This document shows, in pieces, positions 60,992 through 64,000 of a stretch of 64,000 nt of DNA. The stretch spans positions 4,064,001-4,128,000 of the forward strand of contig OY762897.2 in the NCBI GenBank assembly GCA_963666515.2, written 5' to 3'. Within the stretch, counting starts at the first letter, position 1. Every line of letters begins with the position of its first letter. The notes below the pieces were generated by a model, which saw only the letters and a list, made by a program, of their open reading frames with translations, was not told where the DNA came from and searched no databases. Made by a program: the position numbers and the translations under genes. Source of the stretch: Candidatus Binatia bacterium. GTDB lineage: Bacteria; Desulfobacterota; Binatia; UBA9968; JAJDTQ01.

Positions 60992-61680
60992 CAGTCGTCC
61001 ATCAGCGCCACCGCCCGGGTCGGTCCGCCGTGCGAGCCCTTGAGCCGCAGGGGGAACCCGACGAAGGTGAAGCGCTTGCCCGCCACCTCGGTCAGCATCA
61101 GGTTCTCGTAGTGGGTGATGTGGTGGAAGCGGCACATCATGTGGCACGGGTAGGTCTTGCTGACGGGGTTGTCCGGCGTCGGCGTGTCCACCCCGAAGGT
61201 CTTGACGCCCTTTTCCACCAGCCACATGCTGCCTTCCTCGCCCAGGCCCGGAAAGGTCGTGAGGTATTCCGGCTGCCCCACGTAGCGGTCGTAAGTACCG
61301 GTGTAGAGCAGCAGGATGTCGCCCTTCCTCAGTTCGTGCCCGGATTTTTCCACCGCGGCGTCCAGCTCGTCGGGCATGATGTCGGTGCAGGGCTCCTTGT
61401 GGGATACGTCGATGCACAGGGCCGGGCCGTAGAACAGGTCCAGCGGCATCTGGTCGATGGTGGCCGCGCCGGGGCGCGGGTCCAGATGGCTGAAGGAGTC
61501 CACATGGGTGGGGCCGTTGTCGTTCAGCAGGATGCCCGTTGTCTGGAACGAGAAGCCGCCCTCGAACCGTTGCGCCGTTTCCTCGTGGGTGGCGTGCTGG
61601 AAGATGACGGTCTTCAGGTGCCCGGGGTAGACGTTCATTCCCTGATAGATCTCCACCGACAAATCCACTAGACGAGCCAT
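60991..61680 (-). CDS. Cyclase family (kynurenine formamidase-like) metal hydrolase
   Basis: LVDLS, NGPTHVDSFSH, GDILLLYTG, FGVDTPTPD, HYENL, PTRAVA. Confidence 0.88.
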   Translation of the reverse strand: MARLVDLSVEIYQGMNVYPGHLKTVIFQHATHEETAQRFEGGFSFQTTGILLNDNGPTHVDSFSHLDPRPGAATIDQMPLDLFYGPALCIDVSHKEPCTDIMPDELDAAVEKSGHELRKGDILLLYTGTYDRYVGQPEYLTTFPGLGEEGSMWLVEKGVKTFGVDTPTPDNPVSKTYPCHMMCRFHHITHYENLMLTEVAGKRFTFVGFPLRLKGSHGGPTRAVALMDD

Positions 61681-61708
61681 CGAATACCTCCTTTGAATTG
61701 CTGCGGCC

Positions 61709-62497
61709 TTAGTACGTCACCAGTCCCGCCGACACGTTCATGTCCTCACCCGTAATCGACCGCGCCCCTTCGGACGCCAGGAACACCACCGCCGCGGCTA
61801 CTTCCCCGGGTTCCACCAGGCGGTTCAACGGCGAGCCTCCGGCCAGTTCGGCCCGCACCTCGTCGACGCTGATGCCTCGCCCCTCCGCCTGCTTCCGCAT
61901 CATCCATTCGATGCGCTCGCCTTCCACCGCGCCGGGTGAGATCAGGTTCACGCGGACGCCATAGGGGCCGGTCTCCAGGGCCAGCGTCCGCGTCAGGCCC
62001 ACCAGCGCCAGCTTGCTGGCGGCGTAGGGCGTCCGTCCCCACAGCGGCCGCTTGCCGGTCATGGAGCCGATGATCACCACCACGCCGGAGCGCCGTTCGA
62101 TCATGGAAGGCAGGAACGCCCGGCAGCACAGGAAGGTGCCGGTGACGTTCACCGCGAAGGTGGATTCCCAGTCCGCTGGGTCGGTTTCCCACAGGGCCGC
62201 GGAGGGGCCTCCGACGCCGCTGTTGTTCACCAGCAGGTCCACGCGGCCGAAATGCTCCAGGATATGCCGCGCCGAATCGTCTACGTTGGCGGCGTCGGTG
62301 ATGTCGGTGACTGCCACGAGCGCTTTGCGCCCGAGGCTCTTCACTTGGGCGCGAGTCTCCTCGAGCGCCTCCGCGTTCCGGGCCGCCAGCGCCACGTCCG
62401 CACCTTCCCGCGCCAGCGTGACCGCGATCTCCCGGCCGATGCCGCGACCGGCCCCGGTCACGACGGCTACCTTGTCCTTCAGCGTCGACGGGCTCAA
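61709..62497 (-). CDS. Short-chain dehydrogenase/reductase
   Basis: TGAGRGIG, LVNNSG, YAASK, VNLISPG. Confidence 0.93.
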   Translation of the reverse strand: MSPSTLKDKVAVVTGAGRGIGREIAVTLAREGADVALAARNAEALEETRAQVKSLGRKALVAVTDITDAANVDDSARHILEHFGRVDLLVNNSGVGGPSAALWETDPADWESTFAVNVTGTFLCCRAFLPSMIERRSGVVVIIGSMTGKRPLWGRTPYAASKLALVGLTRTLALETGPYGVRVNLISPGAVEGERIEWMMRKQAEGRGISVDEVRAELAGGSPLNRLVEPGEVAAAVVFLASEGARSITGEDMNVSAGLVTY

Positions 62498-62506
62498 TGG
62501 CGGCTC

Positions 62507-63802
62507 CTACGGCCCCTCCCCCGGCACGTCGTCGAAGCGGCGCGGGTCGAGTCTCAACCGCGCGGTGATGGCGTGGCCCTGCATGTGCTCGGCCTCGGAG
62601 ATGGCGTCCGCCGCCGGCGCCACCCGGCGCGAGCCCTCGGCCGCGACGCGCTGATAGGTGACGGTCTTGAGGAACTTTCCCACCCACAGGCCGCCGGTGT
62701 AGCGGGCGGCGCCGGCGGTGGGCAGCACGTGGTTGGTGCCGATGGACTTGTCGGAGTAGACCACGGTGGCGTGCCGGCCCAGGAAGAGGGTGCCGTAGTT
62801 GGTCAGGCGCTCCAGGAACCAGTCGGGGTTCCGGGTTTGGACTTCCAGGTGCTCCGGGGCGAAGGCGTCGGCCTCGCGCACCATCTCCTCGTCGCTGTCG
62901 CACACCGTGATGCTGCCGTAGTCGCGCCACGCCGGCCCGGCGATGTCCGCGGTGGGCCATGTCTCCAGCCAGCGGTCCACTTCCCGCGCGGTGGCCTCCG
63001 CCAGCTCCCGCGACGTGGTCACCAGCGCCGCCGGAGAGGTGGGGCCGTGTTCCGCTTGGCCCAGCAGGTCCGCCGCCACGATCTCCGGGTCGGCGGAGTC
63101 GTCCGCGATGATCAGGATCTCGGTGGGGCCGGCCAGGAGGTCGATGCCCGTCTGTCCGAAAAGCTGCCGCTTGGCTTCGGCAACGTAGGCGTTGCCCGCG
63201 CCCACCAGCATGTCCACCGGCTCCAGGTCTTCGATGCCGAAGGCCAGGGCGGCCAGCGCCTGCACCCCGCCGATGCAGAAGATCTCGTCGGCCCCGGACG
63301 ACGCCATGGCGAAGAGCTGCGGCGGGTGCATTCCCTGGCCCTTGCGCGGCGGCGCGCTGGCGACCACGCGGGGAACCCCGGCCGCCTTGGGCGTTACGAG
63401 GGTCATGATGGCCGACGCGATGAGGGGATAGGCGCCGCCCGGCGTGTAGGCGCCCACCGAGCGCACCGGGATCGATTTCTGCCCGAGCACCACGCCCGGC
63501 ATGGTTTCCCGCTCGAAGTCCTTGAGGCTGTCCCGCTGCAGCCCGGCGAAGTTGCGCACCTGTTCCTGGGCGAAGCGGATGTGTTCCTTGAGCGTGTCGT
63601 CGGTCGCCGCCTCGGCCTCGCCGATTCCCTGCTCCGATACCCGGAACGAAGGAGGGCTCCAATTGTCGAAGCGCTGCGAGTACCGGCGCACCGCGGCTTC
63701 GCCCTCTTTTTCCACCGCGCGGAGAATCTCGCTGACCGTGGCGCGGATCTGGTCCGTAACCGCCTGGGGCTTGGACTTGGGTGTTTTCAGGCGTTCCGCC
63801 AT
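62507..63802 (-). CDS. Histidinol dehydrogenase-family paralogue (HpsN-like)
   Basis: GAYTPGG, GNAYVAEAKRQLFG, AGPTE, QAEHG, APEHL, YSDKSIGTNHVLPT. Confidence 0.85.
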   Translation of the reverse strand: MAERLKTPKSKPQAVTDQIRATVSEILRAVEKEGEAAVRRYSQRFDNWSPPSFRVSEQGIGEAEAATDDTLKEHIRFAQEQVRNFAGLQRDSLKDFERETMPGVVLGQKSIPVRSVGAYTPGGAYPLIASAIMTLVTPKAAGVPRVVASAPPRKGQGMHPPQLFAMASSGADEIFCIGGVQALAALAFGIEDLEPVDMLVGAGNAYVAEAKRQLFGQTGIDLLAGPTEILIIADDSADPEIVAADLLGQAEHGPTSPAALVTTSRELAEATAREVDRWLETWPTADIAGPAWRDYGSITVCDSDEEMVREADAFAPEHLEVQTRNPDWFLERLTNYGTLFLGRHATVVYSDKSIGTNHVLPTAGAARYTGGLWVGKFLKTVTYQRVAAEGSRRVAPAADAISEAEHMQGHAITARLRLDPRRFDDVPGEGP

Positions 63803-63839
63803 GGTGCTGTGCCTCGTAGGGGCGGGGAGGACACCGGCG

Positions 63840-64000
63840 TTACTCGAACTCGAGTGTCTTGGCCTCCAGCCCAAGGGCGATCTTGCCTACCGTCTCCATG
63901 CAGCGGTCGTTGGCGGGCGGCATGACCACTCCGGCCAGCGAGTCGCGGAAATGGCGTTCCAGGGGCAGTGAACGAAGCAGTCCTCGGCCGCCGGTCAGGC
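63840..64000 (-). CDS. Acyl-CoA dehydrogenase-family C-terminus (5' end outside window)
   Basis: LTGGRGLLRSLPLERHFRDSLAGVVMPP. Confidence 0.75.
   Translation of the reverse strand, partial: LTGGRGLLRSLPLERHFRDSLAGVVMPPANDRCMETVGKIALGLEAKTLEFE

Noticed and set aside
62507-63802. Calling the gene hisD or hpsN
   Set aside because: Context and motifs indicate a paralogue, but the substrate cannot be fixed from sequence

Overview
High-GC bacterial chromosomal window. It contains a pstSCAB phosphate operon with a five-unit Pho-box-like array and two large aromatic-acid catabolic gene sets. These encode three phthalate-dioxygenase-like Rieske alpha subunits, two cis-dihydrodiol-dehydrogenase-like enzymes, UbiD, dihydroxyphthalate-decarboxylase-like, LigB-like and LigJ-like enzymes, a cupin and ABC transporters. 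Other genes include pgi (apparent ATC start), an OadA/PycB-like carboxyltransferase, katG, a short BoxB-like diiron protein and an HpsN-like hisD paralogue operon. Intact and decayed toxin-antitoxin modules fill many gaps between operons. The main finding is a lower-GC island (about 23.4-30.7 kb) whose history can be rebuilt from the sequence alone. An uncharacterised two-gene operon (a double winged-helix-like protein and a wHTH-HEPN-like protein with an RxxxxH motif) sits under a promoter carrying three tandem ACACGAAT repeats. It was split at the stop codon of gene A by a cargo-carrying IS1595-family element (8-bp target duplication CAATTGGC). That element's left inverted repeat was then hit by an intact 1665-bp IS1380-family element (4-bp duplication TAAA). 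The operon is a candidate undescribed defence or toxin-antitoxin system. All family assignments come from motif recognition by eye; no searches were run. No rRNA, tRNA or CRISPR array was seen.
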